NCBI RefSeq assembly: GCF_001194135.2 | Contig: NC_068984.1 | Span: forward strand, 84,518,023-84,582,022 | Length of the DNA stretch: 64,000 bases | Direction of reading: 5' to 3' | Source of the DNA: Octopus bimaculoides | Taxonomy: Eukaryota | Part shown: piece after piece, positions 13,031-25,353 of the stretch | How positions within the stretch are numbered: position 1 is the first letter of the stretch | Layout: the number at the start of each line of letters is the position of its first letter | Made by a program: the position numbers and the translations under genes | Notes under the pieces: model-generated | The model's database searches: none | Seen by the model: the letters and a program-made list of their open reading frames with translations, nothing else | What the model was told of the DNA's origin: nothing

Positions 13031-13188
13031 GTCTACACAGTTTCTCTGACAATGCTTGGGTCTATCTGAGAAGATAATTGGTAAGAGGACAATTGCCAAG
13101 TTTTGTACTGTAAGATTAAACTCAAAACCAATGTGGTTGCCAGGCAAACTTTTTAACTTCTCTGAATTTTTATTAGAATTTCATTTAA

Positions 13189-13408
13189 CCCTTTAGCATT
13201 TAAACTGGCCATATCTGGGCAAAATAATTTACCTGTTTTATCTTCAAATTGGCTAGATTCAGCCTCTCTTACCTACTCTACAATGTCATTCTAAAAATAA
13301 ACAATCACATCATTTAACTCTCAAATCTTCAAGATATTGCCTAACAAATTCAAATCAATTTGAGTAAATAAGCATTACAGTTAACTCAGAAATCTGAATG
13401 CTTAAGAG
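13189..13408. mobile_element. piggyBac-type MITE
   Basis: TTAA-CCCTTTAGCATT...AATGCTTAAGAG-TTAA; second copy at 24723-24934. Confidence 0.85.
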
Positions 13409-13851
13409 TTAATGTATCTCAGTTTCTGATTGACTGTATACTTTTATTCACCTGCTTGGAGTAACAGCTCTGATTACATTGTACCATAAAAAAAAAAAAA
13501 GGATAATGAAGTCCTTGATATATTTCAATATAAGAGGAGATGGTCATTGTTGGAATATCTCTGATTAAAGGTCTACTCAATTAGAGATAATCTAGAGTTA
13601 AACAATATACTGAAGATTTTTCTTTTAGTCAAAATATATATTCTTTTTTCATTCCATAATGTACAATTTTTGCCTAACAATATGAAGTCAACATGTCTTG
13701 ATATATTTCTATTCTGTCATATGCTTGGATGATTTGTAATAAAAATAGCATTAATATACACACCACAGTAGGAATTTTTGCATCATAAATAAAGAACTAT
13801 TTATACTGAACAACTTCTTTTATTCCTTACTGTAGCTTTAATAGTCATATT

Positions 13852-14059
13852 GGTTTCAAATTTTGGCAAAAGGCCATAAAGTTTGGGGTAAGGGAATTAT
13901 ATCAACCCCAGTGCTCAACTGATACTTACTTTATCAACCCTGAAAGAATGAAAGGCAAAGTTGACCATGGCAGAATTTGAACTTCAGAACAAGAAAGACA
14001 GACGAAATACTGCTAAGCATTTTACTCAGCATGTTAACGATTCTGCCAGCTCACCATCT
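13852..14059 (-). mobile_element. Full-length OR-like SINE with a 19-bp TSD
   Basis: TAGCTTTAATAGTCATATT at 13833-13851 and 14060-14078. Confidence 0.9.
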
Positions 14060-14367
14060 TAGCTTTAATAGTCATATTCTGGAATATTTCAGTGATGTTC
14101 ATTAAAGACTAACTTACTTTTTCTTAACCTGCTAGAAATAACAACCAAATCTCCTTTATATACATCAGTTATGGACAAACTGCAACCTGCAAGACTTTTT
14201 GAATGGTATACCTAACAAAAGATTACCTTGAGATTTTTATTTGTGTAGCCTGCCTGATAATGAGTCATGTCTCATGCAGCCTGCTTCTTGAGAAAGGTTG
14301 CCCATGCCTAAATTATACTCTGCCATCTTAATCTTTTGTTATCATATTTCTGTTAAGCTAAACTGCA

Positions 14368-14760
14368 TCATCATCATTTAACATCTGTTTTCCATGCTGG
14401 TATGGGTTAAACTGTTTGTTAGGAGCTGGCCAGCAGGAGAGCTGCATCAGACTTCAATTGTCTGTTTTGACACGGTTTCTAAGGCTGGATGCCCTTTCTA
14501 TCGCCAATCACTTTACAAAGTACTAGGTGCTTTTTATGTGGCACCATTATGAGTACATTATATGTGACACCAGTACAGGTACCTTTTACGTGGCACTGGC
14601 ATGGGTGCTTTTTATGTGGCACCAGAATGGGTGTTTTTTATGTGGCACCATCACAGGTGCTTTTTGCATTGGCACCGGCACAGGTGCTTTTAAGTGGCAC
14701 CGGCATGGGTGCTTTTTACATGAGACTGGCATGGGTGCCTTTTATGTGACACCAGCCTAT
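14368..14760 (-). mobile_element. RTE-3'-tail retroposon with an expanded internal minisatellite
   Basis: (GAT)n tail and CATGCTGG/ATGGAAAA end shared with the RTE LINE; about 9 degenerate GGTGCTTTTTATGTGGCACC-type units at 14525-14760. Confidence 0.75.
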
Positions 14761-17700
14761 GTTTAAAATAATTTTGAAATAATGATGAATTAGTAAAATA
14801 ATTACTTGATCAAGGCCAACTAGAGTATTATACAATAACAAGCAACATTGATCAAATAAACTATATTTGATCTTATCAGTAAAGAGAGGGTGAGAAGTAT
14901 TGGTTGTGTTGAACTAGATTACTATTCTCACAGCTATATTTATATGTTGTGTGGCTGTCACTTCCTTGGAAAAGGAAATATTCAAGTCCTACATTTTAAC
15001 TCCTTATTTTTTTTCAAATTAATTAATTTTAGTGAGATATTGTTTTTAAGTCAAAGATAAGATTGTAGTAGTAATAGTAGTAGTAGTAGTAGTAGTTGTA
15101 ATGATAGTTAATGTTTCTAATTTAGGCTCAAGGTCAGTAGTTTTGAAGGAAGGGAACTAGTGGATATCATTGGCTTTCTAGTACTTGGCTGGTACTATAT
15201 TTAATTGACCCTGAAAAGAAGAAAAGTAACCTTACCTTTAGTAGGATTTGAACTCAGAACCTAAACAACTGGAAGGCATTTTCTCTAATGCTCTGAGAAT
15301 TCTGCCAAGTCACTGGCTTATAATAATATTGATAATGGTTTCAAATTTTTGCACCGCCCTTTAGTCGGAGAAATCGACCCCTGGACTTATTCCCTGTAAG
15401 CCTGGTGCTTATTCTATCAGTTACTTCTGCTGAACAGCTAAGTTATGGGGATGCAAACACCAACATCGGTTGTCAAACAATGGTGGTGGGGGGACAAACA
15501 CAGACACAAATACACACACAAAAATATTATATATATATATGTATGATGGGCTTCTTTCAGTTTCCATCTACCAAATTCACTCATGAGCTTTGGTTGGCCC
15601 GAAGCTATAGTAGAAGACACTCTTTAAAGCATAGAGTTGAATTTCGTATAGCCACCTGTTGGTAACTTTTCTCCCCCACCCATTCTGCAGGGGGTATAGC
15701 TATTTTCCTGGGCTCTTTTCACAGCTATACCCCATTCGAAATTTGCATTAGTTTTTGTATGAAAAAAAAAAATGGAAAGGAGGGTGTCTTATTTGTAGTT
15801 TGTAGAGAAAACATTAAACATGCCTGAAAAAGACATGGTCTCCCTCCCCCCAACTAAAAGGCATGAACTATGAAAGACGGTGAATAAGTACCTGGGGTAC
15901 TCACAGAATAAAAACGTAAACACCTGAAAGACTTTCCTTCTATTCATTACTAAATGTCTTTCCCTCTTCATTGTTAAAAGTAAAGAAGCTAGAAAAGATC
16001 GATTGTATTTCAGTGTAATTGTCATTTTAAATGACTGAGGCTTTCTTTTCTCTGTCTCTATCGCTTCACTCTCTTTCTTTGTGGTTAAGAGAGTGAAGGT
16101 GTGTGGCTCAGTGGTTAGGGTACTTGGCCCACAATCGTAAAGTCATGAGTACGATTCCCTGCAGCACACTGTGTTTTTGAGCAAGGCACTCTACTTCACC
16201 TTGCTGCAGTCCATTCAGTTGGCAAAAATGAGTTGTAGCTGTAATTAAAAGGGGTCAGCCTTGTCACATTCTGTGTGAGGCTGAATCTTCCTGAGAACTA
16301 CCTTATGGTATGCATGTCTGTGGAGTATTCAGCCACTTGTGCGTTAATTTTATGAGCAGACTGTTCATTGATCAGATAAACAGGAACCTTGTTGTCATAA
16401 CCAATGGAGTGCCATTTTCAAAAAAAAGTGAAAGAAAAGGAAGTGCTCCATATCATAAGGCAAAAATGTCATACGTTTAGTATAAGCAGTGAAAGCTAAG
16501 ATGAAATAATTGCTATTCCGTTGTGTATTTGCCCTCGACTCATACTAAGTTTGATAACAACAGCCTGTGCATTGGTATTTATCTGGGGGTTTGGCCTTCA
16601 GATCTGTGAGACCCACAAATGCCACTGTTAGGACCGGATTAACACCCATAGTGATCCTAACAACTAAAAAGATTTTCCTGCCCCTATATAGGATCTTTTT
16701 TATTTTCTTCCAACCACTTGAAGGTTTATCCTGCTCCAGTCCATTCAGCTGGCCAAAATGAGTTGTAGTTGTAATTCAAAGAAGTCAGCCTTGTCATATT
16801 CTGTGTGAGGCTGAATCTCCCTGAGAACTACATTAATGATATGCATGTCTGTGGAGTAATCAGCCATTTGTGAGTTAATTTTATCCTCGTGTGGTAATGA
16901 AAAGTGAAAGTGACATCCAATATTTGCTGTGTCTATGTATCTATGTATCAACTTTCCTTTGGATCTATGTATCTACTCTCTCTCACTTTCTCTCTTACTC
17001 TTTCACTTCCTCTCTGTCCCTCCTCTCTCTCGCTTTTAATTTAACAATGTGTGTATGTATCTATGTATCTACTTTTCTTGTGATGTGATAAACATTTAAA
17101 AACACAAAACGAACGCCGTCACCACTCACTGTCTCTTTCTTTCTCTCTCTCTCTCTCTCTTTCTCACGTCCTCTCTGAAACATTTAAAAACACAAAACGA
17201 ATGCTGTCACCACTCACTGTTTCTCTCTTTCTCACTCTCTCTCTTTCTCTCTTACTTAATCTCTGTCCTCCTCTCTCTCGCTTTGCCACTCACTTTTTCT
17301 TTGAAGTAAGTGTGACACACCCCACAGGTACATACAAAAAGAACAAGGCCTAAGATTTTAGAGGAAAGAGCTAGTTGATTACATCACTCCCAGTGTTCGA
17401 CGGGTGCTCTTTCATCAACCCCAAAAGGATGAAAGCAAAGTTGACCTTGGCAGAATTTGAACTCAGCACAAAAAGACATAAAGACACTAAGAATTTTGCC
17501 CAGGTTTAGTTGATACCATTGACTCCAGTATATAACTGGTACTTTACATTATTAACCCTGAAAATATGAAATGTAAAGTTGAACTCACAATCTAGAAAGA
17601 TGGAATAAACACTGCATGGCATTTAGTCTGATGCTCTGATAATTTGGTGAGAGGGGTTTAGTCAATTAAGGTGGCCCCAGTACTTGGTTGGTGCTTTATT

Positions 17701-18324
17701 AACCTTAGAGGGATGAAAGGCAAAGTTGATCACAGTGGGATTTGGACTCACAATGTAAAGATCCAGAAGAAATACCACAAATCATTTCATCTTACGCTTT
17801 AATCTGCTAATCCACTGGCAATATGTAATCATCATCATCATCATCATTTAGTGTCTATTTTCCATGCTAGCATGGGTTGAATTGTTTGATTGGATCTGGC
17901 GAGTTGCAAGGCCGTGTCAAGCTCCTATATCATCTTTGGCATGGTTTCACTGGTTATATGCCCTTCCTAATGCCATCCACTCTACAGAGTGTACTGGATG
18001 TCTTTTTTGTGCCACTGGTATTTGTGATGTCACCAAGTAACTTGCAAGACAAGAAAATAGGTAGGGAAAAGAAAAGGCCTTCTCAACTAAATGGGGTACG
18101 AGTTGGGGTTAGTATTTAAAAGGAGGAGGAGGGGCACTGGTTCTCTGTCAAGTGTTGAGAGGCTAAAGTGTGATGGAAGAACAAAAATTAGGTGTCTTGC
18201 TATAGAAGAGATACAAGGCTACCTAGCATTATATAAGTGTAGATGGGAGTAACTGGAATAAAAGAGATGCTGGAATGCCAGAGCATCATCAAATACTAGA
18301 AAGTTGGTATCAGAAGATATAGAC

Positions 18325-19254
18325 CCATGGTTCTTAACCATTTTTTTCTGTAGTGCCCCTTTTTAAGTAGTAGTTATGTGTAGTACCCACCTAAGTGACA
18401 AGTGAGGTATCATGACTAAACTAACTTAACATGGGTGACAATTTATAAATTTTACTAAAATTGTGATCACAATATATGAAATAAACAAGTAAGACTTTGT
18501 GCCTAAAAATACTATTCAAAACAGAAATATATCATTAAAATTTAGTTATTCTTGTTCAAACATGTCTTTAGTCACGATATATATTTATCTCTCATTTTAT
18601 TTTAATAACCATTACTGGTTTTATCATGTATAATATAATTACTACTTTATGTAAAATTTAGTATGTTAGTAAGCCAAAATCAGTGGAGGCGCAATGGCCC
18701 AGTGGTTAGGGCAGTGGACTCATGGTCATAGGATCGCGGTTTCGATTCCCAGACCAGGCGTTGTGAGTGTTTATTGAGCGAAAACACCTAAAAGTTTCAC
18801 GAGGCTCCGGCAGGGGATGGTGGCGAACCCTGCTGTACTCTTCCGCCACAACTTTCTCTCACTCTTACTTCCTGTTTCTGTTGTGCCTGTAATTCAAAGG
18901 GTCAGCCTTGTCACACTGTGTCACACTGAATATCCCCAAGAACTACGTTAAGGGTACACGTGTCTGTGGAGTGCTCAGCCACTTGCACGTTAATTTCACG
19001 AGCAGGCTGTTCCATTGATCGGATCAACTGGAACCCTCGACGTCGTAAGTGACGGAGTGCCAACAACAAGAAGCCAAAATCAGACTGGTGCCTGGTACAG
19101 CTCTCTGAACCCATGCCAGCATAGAAAATGGATGCTAAATGATTATGATGAACTATGTTACCTCACTGCCCCCTCACTACCCCCTAAAGCCTAACGCCCT
19201 CTTCAACTTGCCCAGCGGCCCTTGGGCTGGTACCGCTCAAGTTGAGAACCTCTG
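18325..19254. mobile_element. hAT-family MITE hosting two nested retroposons
   Basis: Termini CCATGGTTCTTAACC and AGTTGAGAACCTCTG; TSD ATATAGAC (18317-18324) versus ATAGAGAC (19255-19262), 7 of 8 identical. Confidence 0.8.
18684..19070 (+). mobile_element. Young tRNA-headed SINE, third family, (AAC)n tail
   Basis: A box TGGCCCAGTGG, B box GGTTTCGATTCC; 13-bp TSD AAGCCAAAATCAG (18671-18683, 19071-19083). Older copies at about 16095-16410 and 16735-16885. Confidence 0.9.
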
Positions 19255-20178
19255 ATAGAGACAGTAGATTGGTGGTGGGGCAGGAAATTTCATAAGAATG
19301 TGAGGAGAGTTATAGATGGTTAGAGAAGTGGGTGATGATGATTGTATCGAGTGGTGAACAAAGGTGGAGGTGTGGTTGAGGAGAAGTACAGCTCCGGAAG
19401 GAGAATAGATGGAAATTAGGAGAATGAAGCGCAAGGTATAGGAGTAGTGGGGAGGGAGATACAGAGGGGAGACATAAGGGGACTATAGAAAGTTGGGTGT
19501 GTTGGTAGGTATGAGAGGGCATTGAGAATGATAGATATGTGAGGTGTTAGAATTGGATAACAGAGAAGGGAGAGAGCAAGACTGAAGGCAAAGAAAGGAG
19601 GTGATTGGTGTAAATAGCATCCCCCCCCCCCCGGGATTATAATGAAATCTGGAAGTGGTTTTGGGAGGATGGAAGGAGGGTATGTAATATGTGCTGATTC
19701 TGTTTTCAGATGGTTACAATAGCTGAATAGTACCATAGATAGAGGAGTGATGGGTGTTAGGGGATGAAATGTGGGGTAAATTTTGTGGGGCAGAAAGAGA
19801 GGGATGCGGGATAGGGCTCTGCACATACAAGCGTAACCGTGATTGCTTTAGGATATCGTTTTTTACTGTGATGGACAAATCTTCTTGAGTACAGCAAATT
19901 GCCAGTCATCTCTGTCCTTTGTTAATCTCCTCCTTGAAGCTCAGCAATTTGAGATTAGCTTTCACTACTTTGTCCAATGTTTTCTTGGGTCTCTCTCTTC
20001 CATAAGATTTTTGAATTGATCGTTTTTTTTTTGGAGACAGTCAAAATATATACTTAAAATATAAAATAAATTATGTAAAGTAAAGAGCTAAATTCTATTT
20101 AACAGATTCAATCAAATTATTACACTTCTAAAGCAGGGTCTGTCTGATATTTATTGATTCACTTAGAATTCTTAAAAT

Positions 20179-21466
20179 AGGCAATAACAGAGGAATTCAA
20201 GACAAACTGCCCCTGGGAGCTCCTCTATGCTGATGACCTTGCACTAATAGCTGAGTCACTACCAGAACTGAAGATGAAGTTTCAGGTGTGGAAGCAAGGT
20301 TTAGAGTTGAAGGGCTTTAGAGTCAATCTAGCAAAAACCAAAGTTCAAGTAAGTAGGAAGGCAGACAAATCACAAACCCCTTCAGGTAGATGACCCTGCT
20401 TGATCTGTAAAAAAGGTGTAGGTAGAAACTCCATAAGATGTACCCAGTGTAAGCTGTGGACACACAAGAAGTGCAGCAATATCAAAGGAAGGTTAACTAG
20501 GAAGATAGTTTTTGTGCGTGGCAAATGCTCAGGGGCAATAAAGACCGAAAATGTACGGAAAATAGATTCCTTCACATGCCAGGGGGAGAAACTAGAAGTA
20601 GTTGATAGGTTCCGCTACCTAGGTGACCAAGTCTGTAGTGGAGGTGGATGCTCGAAGAGCGTAGCCACTAGAATAAGAATAGCTTGTGCAAAGTTTAGAA
20701 AGCTTCTACTTCTGCTGGTAACAAAGGGCCTCTTACTCAGAGTGAAAGGTAGACTGTATGATGCATGTGTGCGAACAGCCATACTACACAGCAGTGAAAC
20801 ATGGGCCGTGACTGCTGAGGACATGCGTAGACTTGAAAGAAATGAAGCTAGTATTATCTACTGGGTGTGTAATGTCAGTGTGCACACACAACAGAATGTA
20901 AGCACCCTGAGAGAAAAGTTGGACATAAGAAACATCAAATGTGGTGTGCAAGAGAGACAACTGCGCTGGTATGGTCATCTGATGCATATGGATAAGGACA
21001 GCTATGTGAAGAAGTATCAGACCCTAACAGTGGAAGCAATCTTTAGAAGAGGTTGACCCAGGAAGACATGGGATGGAGTGGTGAAGCTCAACCTTTGAAC
21101 ATTGGACCTCTCGAAGGCAATGACAAGAGACCAAGACCTTTGGAGATATGCTATGATTGAGAAGACCCGGCAAGGAAAGTGAGATTGCAGCTGTGAATGA
21201 TACCAGTGTCACATAACCAGCCCATTTAAAAGTATCCTTGAATCACTGGGTGACACACTGTGCTTGAGAAAACCTGTTGAGTTAAGTGAAATCATAGTCG
21301 TGGCCAATACCAGTGCCGCCTGACTGGCACCTGTGCTGGTGGCACGTAATAAGCACCATTCAAACGTTGATTGATGCCAGTGCTGCCTGACTGGCTTGCC
21401 TGTCCTCAGTCAAATTGTCCAACCCATGCCAGCATGGAAAATGGATGTTAAACGATGATGATGATG
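20179..21466 (+). mobile_element. 5'-truncated RTE-clade LINE (reverse transcriptase C-terminal half, 3' UTR, (GAT)n tail)
   Basis: LLYADDL at 20226-20237, NLAKTKV, a Cys/His finger (CLICKKGVGRNSIRCTQCKLWTHKKC), LEVVDRFRYLG, LHSSETW, LRWYGH. One stop; ends ...GGATGTTAAACGATGATGATGAT. Confidence 0.92.
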
Positions 21467-23287
21467 TACTATGTATACAGTATGATGTTTATAGGATGAA
21501 AATTAAATAAAGAAAAGGAAAGATCATGATTTTATTTAACAGATACAAGTACAAATGAATACACTTGTAAAGTAAAGCGTGTTTTATCTTTATCAATCCA
21601 ATAAAAAAAAATTACAGAACAAAGCTATTTTTAACACACACTATGCAAATTAAACAGCTTCAGAAACAATCTATTTATGCAATACCGGGTACAGTATATT
21701 GCATGGTATTGTACACTATTCCTGGACTTCTGGAAATTCTGTATTTGTGGAAGTAGATAAGAGGTACTGTATTCTTAACTTGATGACCCAAGAACATATT
21801 CACTTCCTAGTTTATATTGGTTGAATAAGCCAATGTAAAATGACAATAACAATCTCCTTCAGACCACATCTTACTGTGTTTAGGAAAAGCAAGTAGGACG
21901 CATTCGATAATATAGCCTTAAATAGACTCATTGTCTGAATAAAAGATAGGGTGATCATGATTAGAAAACCTTTGATCATACGTCTGATCCATTATGGGCT
22001 AAACAGCATCATTGAAATTAAACCTGATTTTATCTTTATCAGGTACTTGAGTTAAACAAGTATATTGGGTACATCGTTTACTTACCTCATTACCTGTGAG
22101 ATAGTTGATGTGAATATCAAATGTCTAAAACTTCCTGTTTGTCTTTCCATAGACAACAATATTCATCAAAAGATGGTGTTATTAGCTCTGTTGACCTCAG
22201 CGGAACCAAAAATTGGGGGGACTTCTGGCATTCATACTTTTCCCATGATCTAGAATGACTTAAATGATGAGAATTGGTTCCAACTAGGACATGCTTCCAC
22301 ATTCTTACCACTACTCACTGAGGTAACAGTCCACATGGTTTACCACAGATAGTTATCATCATCACCATCATTTAACATCTATTTTCCATGGTGGCATGGG
22401 TTGGATAACTTGATAGGGTGACTGCACCAGGCTTCACTGTCTGTTTTGGCAGGGTTTTTACAGCTGGATGCCTTTCCTAACACCAACCACCTTAATGCCA
22501 GTAGGAGCACAAGTTAACAAGGATACCTTTTTATGGTCATTTGACATTCTAGAAATAGCAACCAAATCTTCATATCTCAGGAAATATGAGTTGGTCATGG
22601 CTGGTTTGCCTTTGAGTATTTGTATGTCTGATGATGAGTGACCGGAGGCTAAACAAGGATAACTTTAGAAATACGAAGTCAATGACAGGGCTTCTATATA
22701 GTTGTTCAACCTGTTACATTAGCAGAAGTCTACATTTAATAGAAGGGAGAGTGAGTGATGGGGGAAATGAGAAAGTATCCAAGAAGGACAACAGACATCA
22801 ACTTTGTGTGTGTGTGTGTGTGTGTGTATGTACATATGTATGTGTCTACCTACCTATCTATCTATCTATCTATCTATCTATCCCTACATCTACCTCCTCC
22901 ATCCACATAGTTTCTGTGGACCTGAGCAGGTCATTCAGTGTAAAGGGTTGTAACCAAATAATGCAAGGTGTTTTATCCATTACTCTGCAGATTCTGCAAT
23001 CTACTTGCCATTCCTGTTAATTACAAATAAACTGAAATTATCGAATTTCAAGTTCAAGTACCATGACAGTAATAGAACAAAACAAAAAAAACAAACCCAA
23101 AACATAGTCACTGCAGTGAACATTAAAAAGTTAATGAGAAATAATTATGTGGACAATATTAGTAAATGAGCAATATTATAAAGGAACATGTTTCATTATC
23201 ATTAGACCTCATTAGCCAAAAGCATAGATTGAAGTAGTGATGAAAGAATCATTAAGTATCTATTTAATGTTCAGATACTGCATAGAC

Positions 23288-23426
23288 CTGTCATGGGCAA
23301 ACTGCGGCCCATGAGACTTTCTGAATGGCACACCTAAAGGAAAATTACCTTGGATTTTTTCGGTAGTGGCTGATGATGATCCGTGTCTCATGTAGCCAGT
23401 TTCTCTAAAATTGTTGTCCATGCCTG
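23288..23426. mobile_element. Short hAT MITE (139 bp)
   Basis: Termini CTGTCATGGGCAA and TTGTCCATGCCTG; perfect TSD GCATAGAC (23280-23287, 23427-23434). Diverged copy near 14165-14310. Confidence 0.9.
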
Positions 23427-23856
23427 GCATAGACCCCTATCCTTTCCCCTTCTGTTTAAGGTACATTTTATTGTTATCAAGAACAATGTCAGACTTTAAT
23501 CTTATACATATCTATTGTAAGCTGTTATCTTCCTTTGCTTCTGGACTAAAGGCAAAAGGCATTTGGGTTGTGAATTCTTAATGTTAGCTTGGATAGTGGG
23601 AGCACATGTAATGGTAGTGTTGGAAAGTAGAGTGATGTTGCTCAGTTGAAGGCATGATTTAAAGATATATCCTGCAATGTTCTTTAAAGGTACTCATTAA
23701 CTTGATTTGTGTTGGAGGACAAGATACACTGTAGATTGGAAATGATGAAACAGCTGTCTGCATCTATGTGTATATATTAATGTGTATGTAATTGTATCTA
23801 TATGTTTGTGTGTGTATGTCTGCATGTACTTGTGTCTGTATGTGTTTATGCATCAA

Positions 23857-23899
<43 letters not shown>

Positions 23900-24722
23900 A
23901 AGGGATTGAGTGAGAAAGAAAGGAAAATAATGTAGTTACAGAAGTATTCTCTTAGTGATTAGTCTTGATAAAAGTATTGAGACAGTTAAGTGTAGGTCAA
24001 AGACTACTATTAAATGTTTGTGTTTAAAATCAATGTACATACAAGTGTTGTTTGGTGGTGATTATAATAGTGATGATATTTCTGGCAAATTAGCAAATAG
24101 AATTCTACTTAAAGTGCTTCAGTTGCTTTGATGGAAGATTACGATGGCTGGTGGTGACTAGCAGATTACTCAAAGTGTTAACATATTAGCAACATGGGTT
24201 TTTATCATGAGGGGCATGAAGTCTTTTAAGGAGCTGATAGCTGTCAGACAATATTCATTTATACTGCTTTATCGATCTGGCAGATATGAATATGAATATC
24301 TATTCTTTGCTGAAGATATCTTCTAATAAGATATCTTCTGGAACATGTTTAGAGTTGTCCCTGTCTTTGTCAAAGATCATACTGTTCTCTTCCATCCACT
24401 GCATTGCCTGTTTTCGATTTTGAAAAATTTAGACTTAGGAGGTGTGATGTGTCAACTTGTTTAATATAAATAATTTTTGTTTCAAGTTGAGACATTCATA
24501 GCTTTGCTTGATTTAAGTGTTGTCTAATATTTGTGTCTCCTGGAATTGGTGTTGATTGATTAGATTTGTCACACTCACCTCATTGAATATGTTAGTTATT
24601 ACTTACTTATTAATCTATGTTTATCTGTCCTAACTAATGTCAAGGTAGCTTATATCTATATGACTGGAAGTATTACAATTTCTACTACATTACTAGTTTG
24701 CTTTCAAATTCTTATTGTTTAG

Positions 24723-24934
24723 TCCTTTAGCATTTAAACTGGCCTTATCCTACCCAAATATTTTACCCATTTATGTTTAGACCAGCCAAATCAGGCATCT
24801 CACACCTACCCTTCAGTGCCATCCTAAAAATAAACAACCACTGTACCAAAATCTTGAAGCTACAAGATAATGCATGATTAATTCAAAAATAATAAATATG
24901 CATTACATTTGATAGTAATCTTAGTGCTAAAGGG
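24723..24934. mobile_element. piggyBac-type MITE flanked by TTAG
   Basis: Homologous to 13189-13408; TCCTTTAGCA...TGCTAAAGGG with TTAG on both sides. Confidence 0.8.
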
Positions 24935-25130
24935 TTAGCCCCCCCCTCTTTCTCCTTTGGTGGCCCTGCTTGAACCACTTTGGGAGAAGGATCAATAGCC
25001 AAATGCCTTCTAACTTCGACCATATTGTTTTCCCTCCTTTTTTTAGTCTGGAATGCCTTTCATTATTGGTTTAATAGGCTTTTTGTTGTAGGGCTGATCA
25101 GAAGAGGAATAAGGTAGCCTCTGTATTGTC

Positions 25131-25353
25131 ATTCAACCTGCTAGAAATAGTAGCAAAATCTCCCTCAAATCACACCCTCTATAATCTCATTAAAAAATGT
25201 ACATATTGGATAATGTAGTCCTAAATAAACCATGTCTGAAAAAAAAAAGGGACGGGTGTGACTGGAATACAATATATGCAGTGTCCTTTTTCCTAAATAC
25301 AATATAGGGTGTAATGTTAGGGAAATTTGGCTGCTATTTCTAGCAGATTGAAT
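25131..25353. mobile_element. Fold-back/MITE-like repeat with about 45-bp imperfect inverted ends
   Basis: TTCAACCTGCTAGAAATAGTAGCAAAATCTCCCTCAAATCACACCCT versus the reverse complement of AGGGTGTAATGTTAGGGAAATTTGGCTGCTATTTCTAGCAGATTGAA. The module recurs as halves in many places (6470-6530, 14120-14160, 22545-22580, 25900-25940, 30790-30830, 33270-33320, 42770-42820, 45210-45250). Confidence 0.65.

Noticed and set aside
14525-14760. CRISPR-like spaced repeats (also 41340-41490)
   Set aside because: Degenerate tandem units inside an RTE 3' UTR in a eukaryote; no unique spacers and no cas genes.
16095-16410. tRNA-like heads of SINEs as tRNA genes (also 18684, 26385, 53718, 62441)
   Set aside because: A and B boxes are present but no complete cloverleaf or acceptor stem; each continues into a SINE body.
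17090-17290. Short local tandem duplications (also 34020-34068, 48845-48945)
   Set aside because: Ordinary slippage products in low-complexity DNA.
22117-22311. Protein-like 64-aa minus ORF and overlapping plus ORF
   Set aside because: No family motif, no convincing splice-site pair in frame, and not similar to ERMP1 exons 1-2.
24060-24480. Possible Penelope-like RT thumb relic on the minus strand
   Set aside because: Resemblance needs several frameshifts and stops; too weak to call without a profile search.
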